Notes: generated by a model not told the origin, from the sequence alone. A stretch of DNA of 64,000 nucleotides from Candidatus Latescibacterota bacterium (GCA_965248265.1 CBDFJF010000002.1:288001-352000), one strand, 5' to 3'. Shown: positions 38,967 to 50,579, numbered from the stretch's first letter. Made by a program: numbers and translations.

Positions 38967-39932
38967 TCAAACCCCCTTTCGCAAGCCGAGCCTGGTCAAG
39001 CGGTCGAAGAGCGTTGAACGCTTCATGCCCAACAATCTGGCCGCTGCGGAGATGTTGCCTTCGGTTCGTTCCAACGTCTCCCGCAACTGTTGTTCACCGA
39101 GGTCGCTCCTCTCGGGTTTGTACAGAACGAAGGTCGCGGCGGAGCCCAGCTCAGATTGAACCAGCTCCGGGACACCTAGCAGTCCACCATCGCATCGCAA
39201 CATCGCCCTTTTCACACAAAGACTCAGTTCACGCACGTTGTTGGCGGACCAATCGCGAGCGTGCAGCCACCGTTCCGCCTCCCGGGTGAACTGCACCGGG
39301 CAGCGCTGAAGCTCTGATCCGTACTGGTGGGCGAAGAAGTGCGCCAACGGCACAATATCCTGTCGTCTGTGTCGCAACGGCGGTACCTCTATTACGTACT
39401 CACCCAGGCGAAAATACAGGTCTTGCCGGAAGAGCTGTTCCTGAACGCAGCCGGCGAGATCGCGATTGGTGGCGCTGACGACCTGCACATCTACCTGCTT
39501 CTCCTCAATGGCGCCGAGCGGACGGACCGACCTCTCCTGTAGCACCCGAAGCAACTTCGCCTGCAGGGATAATGGCAGCTCACCGACCTCGTCGAGAAAC
39601 AAGGTCCCCAGGTCCGCCTGTGCAAACAATCCTGGGTGATCCTCCTGCGCGCCGGTAAAGGCACCACGCCTGTAACCGAACAGATCAGCCTCCAACAGTT
39701 GCTCTGGTAGAGCAGCGCAGTTGATGGCGACGAATGGACCGCCGCATCGCGAAGGGTCGCATTCGTGCAGGGCTCGGGCGATCACTTCCTTGCCCGTGCC
39801 ACTCTCTCCCTGCACCAGGACGCTGATGTTGAACCCGTGCAAACGGTCCATCTCGCTCAGGACTGCACGCAGTCCAGGTTGATGGCTGACGACATGATTG
39901 ATGAGTGTTCGGTAGGTTTCGCGATTCGTCAT
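38967..39932 (-). CDS. Sigma54 enhancer-binding protein without N-terminal sensor (AAA+ and Fis HTH)
   Basis: GESGTGKE, GAFTGA, FLDE, FRQDLYFRL and NISAAARLLG. Confidence 0.92.
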   Translation of the reverse strand: MTNRETYRTLINHVVSHQPGLRAVLSEMDRLHGFNISVLVQGESGTGKEVIARALHECDPSRCGGPFVAINCAALPEQLLEADLFGYRRGAFTGAQEDHPGLFAQADLGTLFLDEVGELPLSLQAKLLRVLQERSVRPLGAIEEKQVDVQVVSATNRDLAGCVQEQLFRQDLYFRLGEYVIEVPPLRHRRQDIVPLAHFFAHQYGSELQRCPVQFTREAERWLHARDWSANNVRELSLCVKRAMLRCDGGLLGVPELVQSELGSAATFVLYKPERSDLGEQQLRETLERTEGNISAAARLLGMKRSTLFDRLTRLGLRKGV

Positions 39933-40286
39933 TGCAGACACCGTTGGCTGAAGGGTTGTCGGGGCAGCGGATAGTAGTATGCCGATATCCTGGGTGGCTG
40001 CTCAAGCGAAATAGTTTACGGGCCGAGCTACTTTTTTCGACACCGGGCAAGAGAAGCTGGTTTTCGACGACAGGTGCACAGAATCGCCGGCATGAGTGAG
40101 AGTTGGTTGACATCAAAACCCGCTCACTGCCGCAGTCTATCGGACCGGTACCGCGACGACACGAGCCCGACGATGGACGAGACTCGCGCCGGTGACTCCG
40201 GTCTCTCCCTCATGTGTGTCCAACCCTCATGTTTCTCAACGGCATACTGTTGCGCGGATGCGGCCGGAGAGCAGGCGTCGGCAAGA

Positions 40287-40302
40287 AGGCACGCCACTTG
40301 CA
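40287..40302 (+). promoter_or_regulatory. Sigma54 -24/-12 promoter
   Basis: AGGCACGCCACTTGCA; GG-N10-GC spacing; 60 bp upstream of ATG 40363. Confidence 0.72.
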
Positions 40303-40362
40303 TACAACCGGAGACAGCGCGGGAACATCGATATTCACCTGAAACCGGAGCCAGGCAGAGCT

Positions 40363-41427
40363 ATGACGTATGCAACCTCGCAGATCGACGACGGAGCACA
40401 ATTCGTGAAGTCGTGGGACAGGAGCGACATGGAGGAAAGGCAAGCGAGGCCCGTCCAGCACTCCGTGCCCCTGCTGCAGACCCGCAATGCCAGAATGAAG
40501 AAACTGCTTCTGGAACTGAAACCGATCGCCTTCAGCGACTCCACAGCGCTGATCCAGGGAGAATCGGGTACCGGCAAGGAAGTGATCGCACGCTTCATTC
40601 ACGCCAGCAGCCAACGGCATCGAGGTCCGTTCGTCGGCGTCAACTGCGCCTCTCTCCCCGAAGGGGTACTGGACAGCGAGCTGTTCGGCCACGAGAAGGG
40701 TGCTTTTACGGGTGCCGTGCGGCAACGCCCGGGCCGTTTCGAGATGGCGCAGGAGGGGACCCTGTTTCTCGATGAGATCGGCTCCGCCCCCCGGAGAGTG
40801 CAGTTGCCGCTGTTGCGTGTCCTCCAAGAGCGGGAGTACGAGCGCCTGGGCGGCACCCGGACGCTGACCGCCGATGTCCGAGTGCTGGCCGCCAGCAACA
40901 TCGACCTGGAGCAGTGTGTGAAGGATGGCAGCTTCCGCGATGATCTGTTCTATCGCCTCAACATCCTTCCTGTCCGACTGCCCGCGTTGCGGGAGCGGCC
41001 CGAGGATATCCCCTTGTTCATCGATCACTTTTTGCACCAGACGCGATCGGCAACGGGGCATGCGGTAGAGGGAATCGACGTTGAAGCGGAACAGATCCTG
41101 CGCAGTTACCCGTGGCCAGGTAATATCCGTCAGCTCTCCAATACGCTGGAACGGATGATCATCCTGTCACGTTCACCAAGGTTGGGCGTGGTTGATGTCC
41201 CAGCGGAGATCCTTCACTGGCGCGACGACGATGAGCTAATTGCTCTCGGTAGCGGGGTGACTTACTGGGAAGCGAGAAGCCGGTTCGACAGACGCTTTCT
41301 GACTCATGCACTGGAACGCCACAACGGCGTGGTTTCGCACGTGGCTGAAGCCATCGGCATGTCGAGAAAGAATCTGTACGCCCGGTTGGACAACCTTAGG
41401 ATTGACGTCCAACAGTTTCGCAGATAA
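40363..41427 (+). CDS. Sigma54 enhancer-binding protein without receiver or sensor domain
   Basis: GESGTGKE, ELFGHEKGAFTGA, FLDE, FRDDLFYRL, WPGNIRQL and HTH; start 40363 or 40429. Confidence 0.92.
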   Translation: MTYATSQIDDGAQFVKSWDRSDMEERQARPVQHSVPLLQTRNARMKKLLLELKPIAFSDSTALIQGESGTGKEVIARFIHASSQRHRGPFVGVNCASLPEGVLDSELFGHEKGAFTGAVRQRPGRFEMAQEGTLFLDEIGSAPRRVQLPLLRVLQEREYERLGGTRTLTADVRVLAASNIDLEQCVKDGSFRDDLFYRLNILPVRLPALRERPEDIPLFIDHFLHQTRSATGHAVEGIDVEAEQILRSYPWPGNIRQLSNTLERMIILSRSPRLGVVDVPAEILHWRDDDELIALGSGVTYWEARSRFDRRFLTHALERHNGVVSHVAEAIGMSRKNLYARLDNLRIDVQQFRR

Positions 41428-41532
41428 AGATCGACGCCGCAGGCGTCGATTTAATGATCGACACAAGCTGTCGATCATTCGAAGACTCTGGACGAGATGA
41501 ACCTGCCAGATCGACCAGAGGAAGCCAGGCGG

Positions 41533-42687
41533 TCACTCGGTGCTGGTGGGTGGGTCGGGTGCTACGAAGCCGGCGGCGGCGCTGAATCGGCGGAGTTGAC
41601 GCAGCAGGTAGTCGCGATGTTCGCCGTCGTCTGGTTCGAGTTCGACGGCGCGGCGTATCAGGGCGAGGGCCTGGTTTTGGCGGCCCTGGCGATAGAGTAC
41701 TTCGGCGTAGGTGTCGAGGTAGACGCTGTTGTCGGCCTCCTCCTTGACGGCCCTCAGAGAGAGCTCGCGCGCTCGTTCCAGTGCGGTGTTTTCCTCAGCG
41801 TAGGTCCAGGCCAGGTTGTTCATGAGGGACGCGGGAGGTGACTCCACTTGCATGGCCCACTCGTAGTATTGGATGGCGCGTTGCCGATGCCCCGCATCGT
41901 ACCAAAGACCGGCGATGCGAGAGGCCGCCGCTGCATCATCGGTTTCCCTCATCAGGCGCTCGAAGAGATGCTCGGCTTCTTCGGCACGATCCTGTTGTAG
42001 CCGGAATTCGCCCAGTGTAAGCAGGGCGAAACGATCGCCAGGATCGAATTCAAGACTGGATTCCAGAACCTGGGCGGCATCCCCAGCGCGGTCGCGAAGC
42101 AGGTACGCCTTTGCCAGCTGATGACGAGCGAAGGCCAGGCTCTCGTCGTTGACATCACCAGGTTCGGCCACGGCTCCCTCGAGCAACTCCAGGCCACGTG
42201 CGGCGCGCTCCGAATCCGTGGAATCAGCGCTCTCGTACGCCCACCCAAGAGCTATCCGGGCATTCCAGTTGTCGGATGAACTCTCGAACAAGCGCTCGAG
42301 CGCATCGATGCCAAGAGGCTGTCTGCCAGCCTCGGTGCAAACCCGGTGCAGCAGCATGTACAGACCGACATCGTCCGGGTCCAGGTGAATGGCCTGTGTG
42401 ATTGATTCAACGGCCTCTTCGGTTTCTCCCTTCTGGTTGTACGCGCGTGCCATGACCAGGAGAGGAGCTACCGTGTCTGCGTCCTCGCGCAGCGCCCGGA
42501 CCGCTTCCGCCAGGGCTCGGTCGGGAAACTGCGCTCGGAGGTAATGGTGAGCCAACCCCAGATGATCGAAGCGGGCTTGCGCTTCGATCACGGGCAGACT
42601 GCAGTGATTCTCGATCACGAAGGCGCCGACCACGGCGATACAGGCGATGAAGCCGTGGCCGCGATGGCGTGACTGAAGTAGTGGCAT
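41533..42687 (-). CDS. Tetratricopeptide repeat protein
   Basis: N-terminal hydrophobic segment; TPR helices; NNLAW and YLDTYAEV. Confidence 0.88.
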   Translation of the reverse strand: MPLLQSRHRGHGFIACIAVVGAFVIENHCSLPVIEAQARFDHLGLAHHYLRAQFPDRALAEAVRALREDADTVAPLLVMARAYNQKGETEEAVESITQAIHLDPDDVGLYMLLHRVCTEAGRQPLGIDALERLFESSSDNWNARIALGWAYESADSTDSERAARGLELLEGAVAEPGDVNDESLAFARHQLAKAYLLRDRAGDAAQVLESSLEFDPGDRFALLTLGEFRLQQDRAEEAEHLFERLMRETDDAAAASRIAGLWYDAGHRQRAIQYYEWAMQVESPPASLMNNLAWTYAEENTALERARELSLRAVKEEADNSVYLDTYAEVLYRQGRQNQALALIRRAVELEPDDGEHRDYLLRQLRRFSAAAGFVAPDPPTSTE

Positions 42688-43910
42688 CAGTACTCGTGAC
42701 GGTGGGCGTAGACGTGAAGGAGCAAACCGATGAAGACGCAGTTGGTCAGCAACGAGGAGCCTCCGTAGCTGAGGAACGGCAGCGGTAATCCGGTAACCGG
42801 CATTACACCGATAGTCATACCGACATTGACGAAAACCTGAAAGGCGATCACCGATGCGATTCCGATCGCCAGCAACGAAAAGAATCGATTGTTGGCCATG
42901 GTGCCGACGTAGACGGCTCGCCAGATCAGAAACAGAAAGGTCGACAGCACTACGACCGTCCCAAGAAGGCCGAGTTCCTCACCCACTACGGAAAATATAA
43001 AGTCCGTATGTGCCTCCGGGAGGAACTCGTACTTTGTCTGCGTTCCCTCAAGAAACCCCAATCCGGTCAGTCCTCCCGACCCGATGGCGATCAATGACTG
43101 GATGATAGTCCAGCCATCTCCAAGTGGATCTCTTTCCGGATCGAGGAAGGTCTCGATGCGACCTCTCTGATAGGGGTGCAGGAATCTCTGCCAGATCACG
43201 ACGTTGATGAGGCCCGCCGAAAGATTGATGGCCAGCAGGGCGAGGGTGACCCACAACCGCGACAGCATGGCCTGAACCGCCACCGAACTGGCGATGATGA
43301 ATACAGCGAACACGATTGGCGCGCTGTCCTGTCCCCACAGCGGTTCAAAGGAGAAGGCTACGCTCAAGAAAGGCGCGGTGATGAAGAACACGTACAGCGG
43401 TCTCATGCCCGCCCAGTAGAGCATCGGCAGCAGGGCAGCCCCGAGTGCCATGGCTGTGCCCAGATCCGGTTGCCTGACGACAAGAAACATGGGCAGGCCA
43501 CACAACGCCAGTGCCATAAGGAAGGGCCGGGACCGTGCTACTTGCTCACTATTCAAGTCGCCCAGGTAACGGGCCAGAGCCATGACCGTGGCGATCTTGG
43601 CAAACTCGGAAGGTTGAACGCTCACCGACCCAAGGCTCAACCAGCGAGACGATTCGCCCGTGCCCCAGGCAAGCACAGCCAGCAAACTCAAAATACTCAC
43701 TCCGTAGAGCGGATAGGCCACGCCGTACAATACCTTGTCCGGGATGTAGACGATCGCCACGGCGAGGAGCAGAAAAATGACGCCGTACGTCGCCTGGCTC
43801 TTCCAAACGGCCGATGGACTGGAGGCACTGTAAATCATCGTGATCCCAAACAGGATGGCCATGGCAGCCGCCAACAACAACATCAAGTCGAATTCCCGGG
43901 AGAGATTCAC
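42687..43910 (-). CDS. rodA: Rod shape-determining protein RodA
   Basis: QPSEFAK, QPDLGT, PEAHTDFIF and PVTGLPLPFLSYGGSS; adjacent to mrdA. Confidence 0.95.
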   Translation of the reverse strand: MNLSREFDLMLLLAAAMAILFGITMIYSASSPSAVWKSQATYGVIFLLLAVAIVYIPDKVLYGVAYPLYGVSILSLLAVLAWGTGESSRWLSLGSVSVQPSEFAKIATVMALARYLGDLNSEQVARSRPFLMALALCGLPMFLVVRQPDLGTAMALGAALLPMLYWAGMRPLYVFFITAPFLSVAFSFEPLWGQDSAPIVFAVFIIASSVAVQAMLSRLWVTLALLAINLSAGLINVVIWQRFLHPYQRGRIETFLDPERDPLGDGWTIIQSLIAIGSGGLTGLGFLEGTQTKYEFLPEAHTDFIFSVVGEELGLLGTVVVLSTFLFLIWRAVYVGTMANNRFFSLLAIGIASVIAFQVFVNVGMTIGVMPVTGLPLPFLSYGGSSLLTNCVFIGLLLHVYAHRHEY

Positions 43911-45667
43911 TGAGACATCTGCATCCTGGCCGTCAGCCCCTGACCGGAGTCATAGCCACTGGATTCGAGGTAGGCTTCGATGACCTGGCGCGCCACCGGA
44001 CCTGCCCGGGCACCGCCTGGACCGCCGGCTTCGATGACGACGGCCACGGCAATCTCCGGCTCGTGGTATGGCGCGAAGGCGATGAACCAGGCATCATCGT
44101 CGGGACGGTTGGGAACCTGTGCGGTGCCGCTTTTGCCAGCGACTTCGACTCCTGGGATCTGCACCCGTCGTCCAGTTCCCTTGTCACCCTGGACGACCCT
44201 GTGCATGGCCTTCTTGACGATATCCAGGGTGGCCGGAGACACCGTTTCGATCTTCTTGGTGGGAGGGGGTGAGCCACTCACGTACGGCGTCACCAGGTAA
44301 CCCCCGTTTCCCAGAGCGGCCGTGTAGCGTGCCATTTGCAGCGGGGTCGCCAACATGTCACCCTGGCCTATCACGAGATTCATCAGGTGGCCGCGGACCC
44401 ACACGTCATAGTATTCCCGGGTGGGTAACAGGCCAGTCTTCTCTCCCGGGTCGAGGCGGATGCCGGTATGTTGACCGAAGCCGAAATCATCCGCGCTCTG
44501 ACGCCAGGCCTCCATACCCAGGGCCAGAGCCAGGTGGTTGAAGTAGATGTTGCACGACGCCTCGACGGCTCCGAGCAGGTTGAGTTCACCGTGTCCTTCG
44601 CGGTTGGCGCAGCGAAAGACGACGTCGCCAACCGCGAGCGAGCCGGCGCAGGCCTCAAAGGTGCTCAGTGTGTCCGTGATGCCTGCTTCGAGAGCGGCCA
44701 CCGCGGCGACGAGCTTGAGGGTTGATCCCGGCGGATAGGTGCCCTTGGTAGCACGATTGAGCATCGGGTTCCCCTCGCCTTCAATGAAGCGGTTGCGCTG
44801 CTTCTGCGCTTGAAACGACACAAAAGCGTTGGGGTCGAAACTGGGCTTGCTGACCATGGCCAGTACGGCGCCGGTCTGTGCATCGAGCGCCACGACGCTG
44901 CCGGCCAGGGTGTCAGGGAGTGCACTCTCCGCGGCCTGTTGTATTGCCAAGTCCAACGTCAAGGTGAGGTCGTGACCGTTGAGGGGCGTCTGGTTCTTTT
45001 CCGGGTAGGGAAAATCGTTCTTGACGCGGCGCAGGGCATCCACTTCGATGTAGCGCACGCCGTCATCTCCGCGCAGGCTGTCCTCGTAGACCTTCTCGAT
45101 TCCGGTCTTGCCGATGTAGTCGCCTGTTTCATAGCGCTCGGCGCGGGGTGCAGACAGGTCGCTTTCCTGCATCTCCCCCATGTAGCCGAGCAGGTGCGCG
45201 ACCAGGGGACCGTAGGGGTAATTGCGCTGTGGCTCGATCTCGATATCGAGGTTCCACTCGTCGCGCAGCCGTTCTTCCACCACGCACACAGTCTTGAAAT
45301 CGATGTCCCGTTTCAGTCGAACCCGGGTTGATTTGCCACTGGGGGAATATTTGATGGAGCTGCCGATCACCTGTTCCAGGGCGGCGACCGCCAGGGAATC
45401 GCGTTCGGGAGTGGATCGAGTCAGAAAGATGGTGTAGGAGGCGCGGTTGCCCGCCAGGACATTGGCCGCCGAGTCGAGGATAAGGCCTCTGGGAGCCTTG
45501 ACGCGCTTGTGCTGTATGCGGTTATCCTCGGACTCGTTGGTGTAGTCCTCAGCACTTATGATCTGGATGTGGAAGAGTCTTAGAAACAGAACGCCGAACA
45601 ACAGGCCGACGATGACGAGAATCGTTCGCTGTTTGCGGATCCACTCATCGTGGGTGGCGGGATCCAT
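43907..45667 (-). CDS. mrdA: Penicillin-binding protein 2
   Basis: APRGLI, YPPGSTLK, SCN and KSGTAQ. Confidence 0.95.
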   Translation of the reverse strand: MDPATHDEWIRKQRTILVIVGLLFGVLFLRLFHIQIISAEDYTNESEDNRIQHKRVKAPRGLILDSAANVLAGNRASYTIFLTRSTPERDSLAVAALEQVIGSSIKYSPSGKSTRVRLKRDIDFKTVCVVEERLRDEWNLDIEIEPQRNYPYGPLVAHLLGYMGEMQESDLSAPRAERYETGDYIGKTGIEKVYEDSLRGDDGVRYIEVDALRRVKNDFPYPEKNQTPLNGHDLTLTLDLAIQQAAESALPDTLAGSVVALDAQTGAVLAMVSKPSFDPNAFVSFQAQKQRNRFIEGEGNPMLNRATKGTYPPGSTLKLVAAVAALEAGITDTLSTFEACAGSLAVGDVVFRCANREGHGELNLLGAVEASCNIYFNHLALALGMEAWRQSADDFGFGQHTGIRLDPGEKTGLLPTREYYDVWVRGHLMNLVIGQGDMLATPLQMARYTAALGNGGYLVTPYVSGSPPPTKKIETVSPATLDIVKKAMHRVVQGDKGTGRRVQIPGVEVAGKSGTAQVPNRPDDDAWFIAFAPYHEPEIAVAVVIEAGGPGGARAGPVARQVIEAYLESSGYDSGQGLTARMQMSQ

Positions 45668-45674
45668 CCTTCAC

Positions 45675-46166
45675 TCACCCCTCATCACCGACATAACGGC
45701 GCCGTACATCGAACACACTGATGACGATGGCGGCGATGACGCCGCTGTAGAATGCTCGTCCAATGCCGTAGCGCAACCAGTAGTACGGGACGTGGCCCAA
45801 GGCAATATCACTGTGCCCGATGTAATAGATCAGGTCATGGACGAGGACGGCGCCGCAAACCAACAAAAGCCGAACATGTAGTGTATCGATCATGACGCCA
45901 CTGCGTCCCAAGCCGATCGCAAAACCGATGATCGACTTTGTGAAGGCGTTCAGTCCGAGGTCGGCTGGAGCGTAGGCATCCTGAAAGAGTCCGACTCCGA
46001 AGCCGAAGATCGTGGCTTCGATGTGGCCGGCCGTGGCGCCGATGAGGACGATGACGAGCAGGATGAGATCGGGCTGGATCTCGAAGATCTCGATTTGGTG
46101 AACCCAGGTCGTCTGTAAGATGGCTGCCAGGGTGAGGTACAGCAGGTGCCGGAAGATCCGGTACAT
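45675..46166 (-). CDS. mreD: Rod shape-determining protein MreD
   Basis: Hydrophobic 163 aa; QPDLIL and GF.VGL.QD; directly upstream of mrdA. Confidence 0.9.
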   Translation of the reverse strand: MYRIFRHLLYLTLAAILQTTWVHQIEIFEIQPDLILLVIVLIGATAGHIEATIFGFGVGLFQDAYAPADLGLNAFTKSIIGFAIGLGRSGVMIDTLHVRLLLVCGAVLVHDLIYYIGHSDIALGHVPYYWLRYGIGRAFYSGVIAAIVISVFDVRRRYVGDEG

Positions 46167-46169
46167 CGG

Positions 46170-48149
46170 TCAGTCTATGGATTCCTGGTTCACGATCTCC
46201 AGGGTCATGCCGGCGAGCAGCGTCGATGACATGTCCATGTTGTTCTGCCTGGCGATCTGTTTCGCGTCGAGGCCAAAGCGCCGGGCGATCGCGTAGAGCG
46301 TATCTCCTTTGAGGACGGTGTAGGTAAGCGTCTGCGGGGCAGCGATGAGCAGTTCCTGTCCTGGATGAATCACTGCTCCACTCAAACCGTTCCAGGCTTT
46401 GATCCGGGAAATATCTACATCGAAGCGATTGGCAATCTGCCACAGGGTTTCGCCGCGCCGTACCGTATGCGTGGTCCCTGCCACAGATCGCTGCTGGGAG
46501 ACGGTGGATGCCGCCTTTCCGGCGGTGCCCGGCTTCGCAGCAGCGTCCGTCACCAGTTTGTCACCTGGCCGTATGAGGTCACCGCGGAGGCCGTTCCACT
46601 GTCTCAGTTGCGCCACGCTGACACCGAAACTCTGCGCAATCCGGCTCAGGGAATCGCCGCGTCGTACTGTGTACTCACCGCCGTTGGCAATGCGCTTTCC
46701 GGCATTGTGGCGTCCGGGTATACGCAATTTCTGTCCGGGACGGATCAGATTCGGATCCCTGAGGTCGTTCACAGCAGCGATGTGAGAAGCGCGGACGTTG
46801 AACATGCTGGCGATGGTGGAGATGTTGTCACCTCGCCGCACGACGTACTCGGCATCGGTGAATTTTTCAGAGTCCGGCAGACGCTCATACCGCGCTAGAA
46901 ACGCCGCTCCCTGACCCGTGGGCACGCGCAGCCGATAGGGTTTCTTTGTCCTGGGCGTAACGGCTCCTCTGAGCTCCGGATTCAATCTCTTCACGGTCGA
47001 GACCGGTACGCCCAGTGCTTTGGCCGCGGCGCTCAGATAGACCTGTTCAGGTAGGGCGACTTCGTCGTGCACAAAGGGCGGGTCAAAGCCGACCTCCCCG
47101 AATCCGAACAGGTCCGGGCTCTTGGCGATGACGGTGGCCGCCATCAGCAGCGGCACGTAGTTGCGGGTCTCGCGCGGCAGTTGAAGTTTCCAGAAATCAC
47201 GTGTCCCATCCCGTTCGATGGCGCGGTTCACACGACCGCGTCCGGCGTTGTAGGCTGCGGCCGCCAGTCGCCAGTCACCGAACTCCTTGTACAAGCGCCG
47301 CAGATGCTTGGCGGCGGCTACCGTGGATTTCACCGGGTCGCGACGCTCATCGATCAGCGAGGTGCGGTGCAGCCCCTCCAGCCTGCCCGTGCTCTGAATG
47401 AACTGCCACAAACCGACAGCATGAGCGCGTGAGTAGGCGGTCGGCTTGAAGCCGCTCTCGATCATGGCGAGATAGAAGAAATCCTCCGGTATTCCATGTT
47501 CCCGCAGTATCGGCAGCACGAGATCGCGGTAACGTCCGGAGCGCTGCAGCCAGGTGCCGTAGGTCTCCCGTCCGCGCCCCTGAAAGAAGCGGATACTGGC
47601 GGCGACGGTGGAGTTGGCGTCAATGGGCACATCGCAACGCGGCGCCAGTTGCAAGATGCGAACGATCGGACTGGCATTCGGAGGGAGGTCTTCGACCTCC
47701 TCTTCAGAGAGTCCTTCCAACAACAGGGAAAGAGGACTGTCAGGCGAGAACAGCTCAACGTGTGGGACCAGAGACAGGTAAGCTTCCTCGACCGCGGCGC
47801 CCAGTTTCTCCACCTCGGCATGCGTCCAACCTTCCGCTGTGGAGTCCGCTTCAGCATTTGGATCCTGCTCCAGGACCGCCAACAGCTCGAAGGCAGCGTC
47901 CAGCTCTTGCTGAGCATCCTGATAGCGTCCGATGGTGCGGTCGTCGAGGGCGCGAAACAGGTGCCACCGTGCCGTCAGCACCATGCTCTCGAACGCCCTC
48001 GACGACATCTGATCATGGATACCGGTTGAGTCGGCCTCGGCTAACGCGGAGTGGACGGGGCTCTGGGCCTGGAACAGTGGTGCGCACGAGGAGGAGAACG
48101 ACACCAGCGTCGCCAGCACCAGCCAGTACAGCGCCCTGGCCGCCATCAA
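46170..48149 (-). CDS. mltD: MltD-like lytic transglycosylase with four LysM domains
   Basis: LAMIESGF, AVGLWQFI, AAYNAG, LPRETRNYV and YxVxRGD repeats. Confidence 0.92.
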   Translation of the reverse strand: MMAARALYWLVLATLVSFSSSCAPLFQAQSPVHSALAEADSTGIHDQMSSRAFESMVLTARWHLFRALDDRTIGRYQDAQQELDAAFELLAVLEQDPNAEADSTAEGWTHAEVEKLGAAVEEAYLSLVPHVELFSPDSPLSLLLEGLSEEEVEDLPPNASPIVRILQLAPRCDVPIDANSTVAASIRFFQGRGRETYGTWLQRSGRYRDLVLPILREHGIPEDFFYLAMIESGFKPTAYSRAHAVGLWQFIQSTGRLEGLHRTSLIDERRDPVKSTVAAAKHLRRLYKEFGDWRLAAAAYNAGRGRVNRAIERDGTRDFWKLQLPRETRNYVPLLMAATVIAKSPDLFGFGEVGFDPPFVHDEVALPEQVYLSAAAKALGVPVSTVKRLNPELRGAVTPRTKKPYRLRVPTGQGAAFLARYERLPDSEKFTDAEYVVRRGDNISTIASMFNVRASHIAAVNDLRDPNLIRPGQKLRIPGRHNAGKRIANGGEYTVRRGDSLSRIAQSFGVSVAQLRQWNGLRGDLIRPGDKLVTDAAAKPGTAGKAASTVSQQRSVAGTTHTVRRGETLWQIANRFDVDISRIKAWNGLSGAVIHPGQELLIAAPQTLTYTVLKGDTLYAIARRFGLDAKQIARQNNMDMSSTLLAGMTLEIVNQESID

Positions 48150-49041
48150 CGATCGCTCGGCAGATAGACCATGGCGCGAACGTTGAAGGCATTGGGGTAC
48201 CAGCGCTTGATCGATTCGGCCGCCCGCTTGGCCTCGTTCTCGGAACGGTAGTTACCGACCAGTACCTTGTTCAGGGGGCCTTCGAGCTTGATATCGATGT
48301 CATTCCGTCCAAGCTTGGAACGCGCGAGATTGAGAGCCCGTTGGGCTTCCTGATAGTCGCGCGATTGCTTGATGAGAACGCGCCACCCCGACATGCGCAC
48401 GAGCTCCGGTTCGGGCAGATCCGGTTCGGGTGCCTCGTCGTCGATAAAAGGGGAGTCGGCGACCGGAGAGTCTTCGAAAGGGAGGTCGGGTTTGAAGGGC
48501 GTCGTCCGGGGCGCCGATGGGCTGGCTTCCGGAGTTCGGATGCCCGCTAACTCGAACTCGGTGACCACGTAGGCTTCAGAGAAGTCTCCTCCAAGGGCCT
48601 TGATCTTTCCTTTCAACCGGTGAGCCGCATCGCTGTTGTCGAACCGGCCGGCGCGAACCATGTGCAGGCTGTTCTTCAACACTATCTCGACGCCATCGTG
48701 CACACGCTCGCGCAGTTGCCCCGCGAGCCGGGACGCGGAGTTGCCGTCCCGGAGTGCGATGACCTGGACCCTGTAGATGATGCGCGGAGTGCCGACGAGA
48801 GTGGCATCCCGGTCATGAGACGATTCCAACGGCCGTTCATGGTCGGCGAGGGCGGTTGGCGAATCGTTACTGGCCGGCTCGACTGGCGGCGGCGCGAACT
48901 TGGGTTGGATCAACAACAAATCTTCACGGTACGGTGTGGGGTCGAACTGCTCCCGCGGCGTCGAGGCGTCGGCGCGTTTCGCAAAAGGCAAGTGCGGGGC
49001 AGCGAGCAAGGTTACAGCCGCGCAGATCAACGTGCCTCTGA

Positions 49042-49045
<4 letters not shown>
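48146..49045 (-). CDS. SPOR domain protein (two SPOR domains)
   Basis: Signal peptide; YRVQV...VRAGRF...A and WRV...VLVGNY...A. Confidence 0.82.
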
Positions 49046-50117
<1,072 letters not shown>

Positions 50118-50121
<4 letters not shown>

Positions 50122-50579
50122 GAGGTGGCCACCTGTTCGACATCCTCGACGGTAAACAATTCAGCGTCGCCCCACAGTCGCTCTAGTGCGTAATGCCCAC
50201 GGGCGTCATTGCGGAAGACGTGCACGACCACATCGACTATGTCGACGAGTATCCAACGCCTTTGTTCCATACCCTCTACATGCCACGGCCGGTGTCCGGA
50301 TTCCTTGAGCTTGTCGACGACCTCCTCGGCCAACGACTTTACATGCAGGTCTGACGAGCCTGTGCAGAGGACGAAGTAGTCGGCCACATCGGTCACTGCC
50401 TCCAGGCCCATGATGACGATATCCAACCCCTTTTTCTCGAGCAGCGAATCGACAATGATGCGCAGACGCGGATCGCGCACACGCGGATCGCGCAGACGCG
50501 GATCGATGGTCTCTCTTGTCAACTGGTCCTCGTCGGAACCACTATCTGAAGGGGAAAAGGATTGTGTGGTGTCAGTCAT
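50118..50579 (-). CDS. rsfS: Ribosome silencing factor
   Basis: KKG.DI, DYFVLCTG.S..HV, WILVD..DVVVHVF and Y.LERLW. Confidence 0.95.
50461..50505. repeat. 3x15-bp in-frame tandem repeat in rsfS (DPRLR-DPRVR-DPRLR)
   Basis: CGCAGACGCGGATCG CGCACACGCGGATCG CGCAGACGCGGATCG. Confidence 0.9.

Noticed and set aside
40241-40253. GGCATACTGTTGC and similar motifs at 12773 and 10946
   Set aside because: GG-N9-GC spacing; sigma54 needs N10
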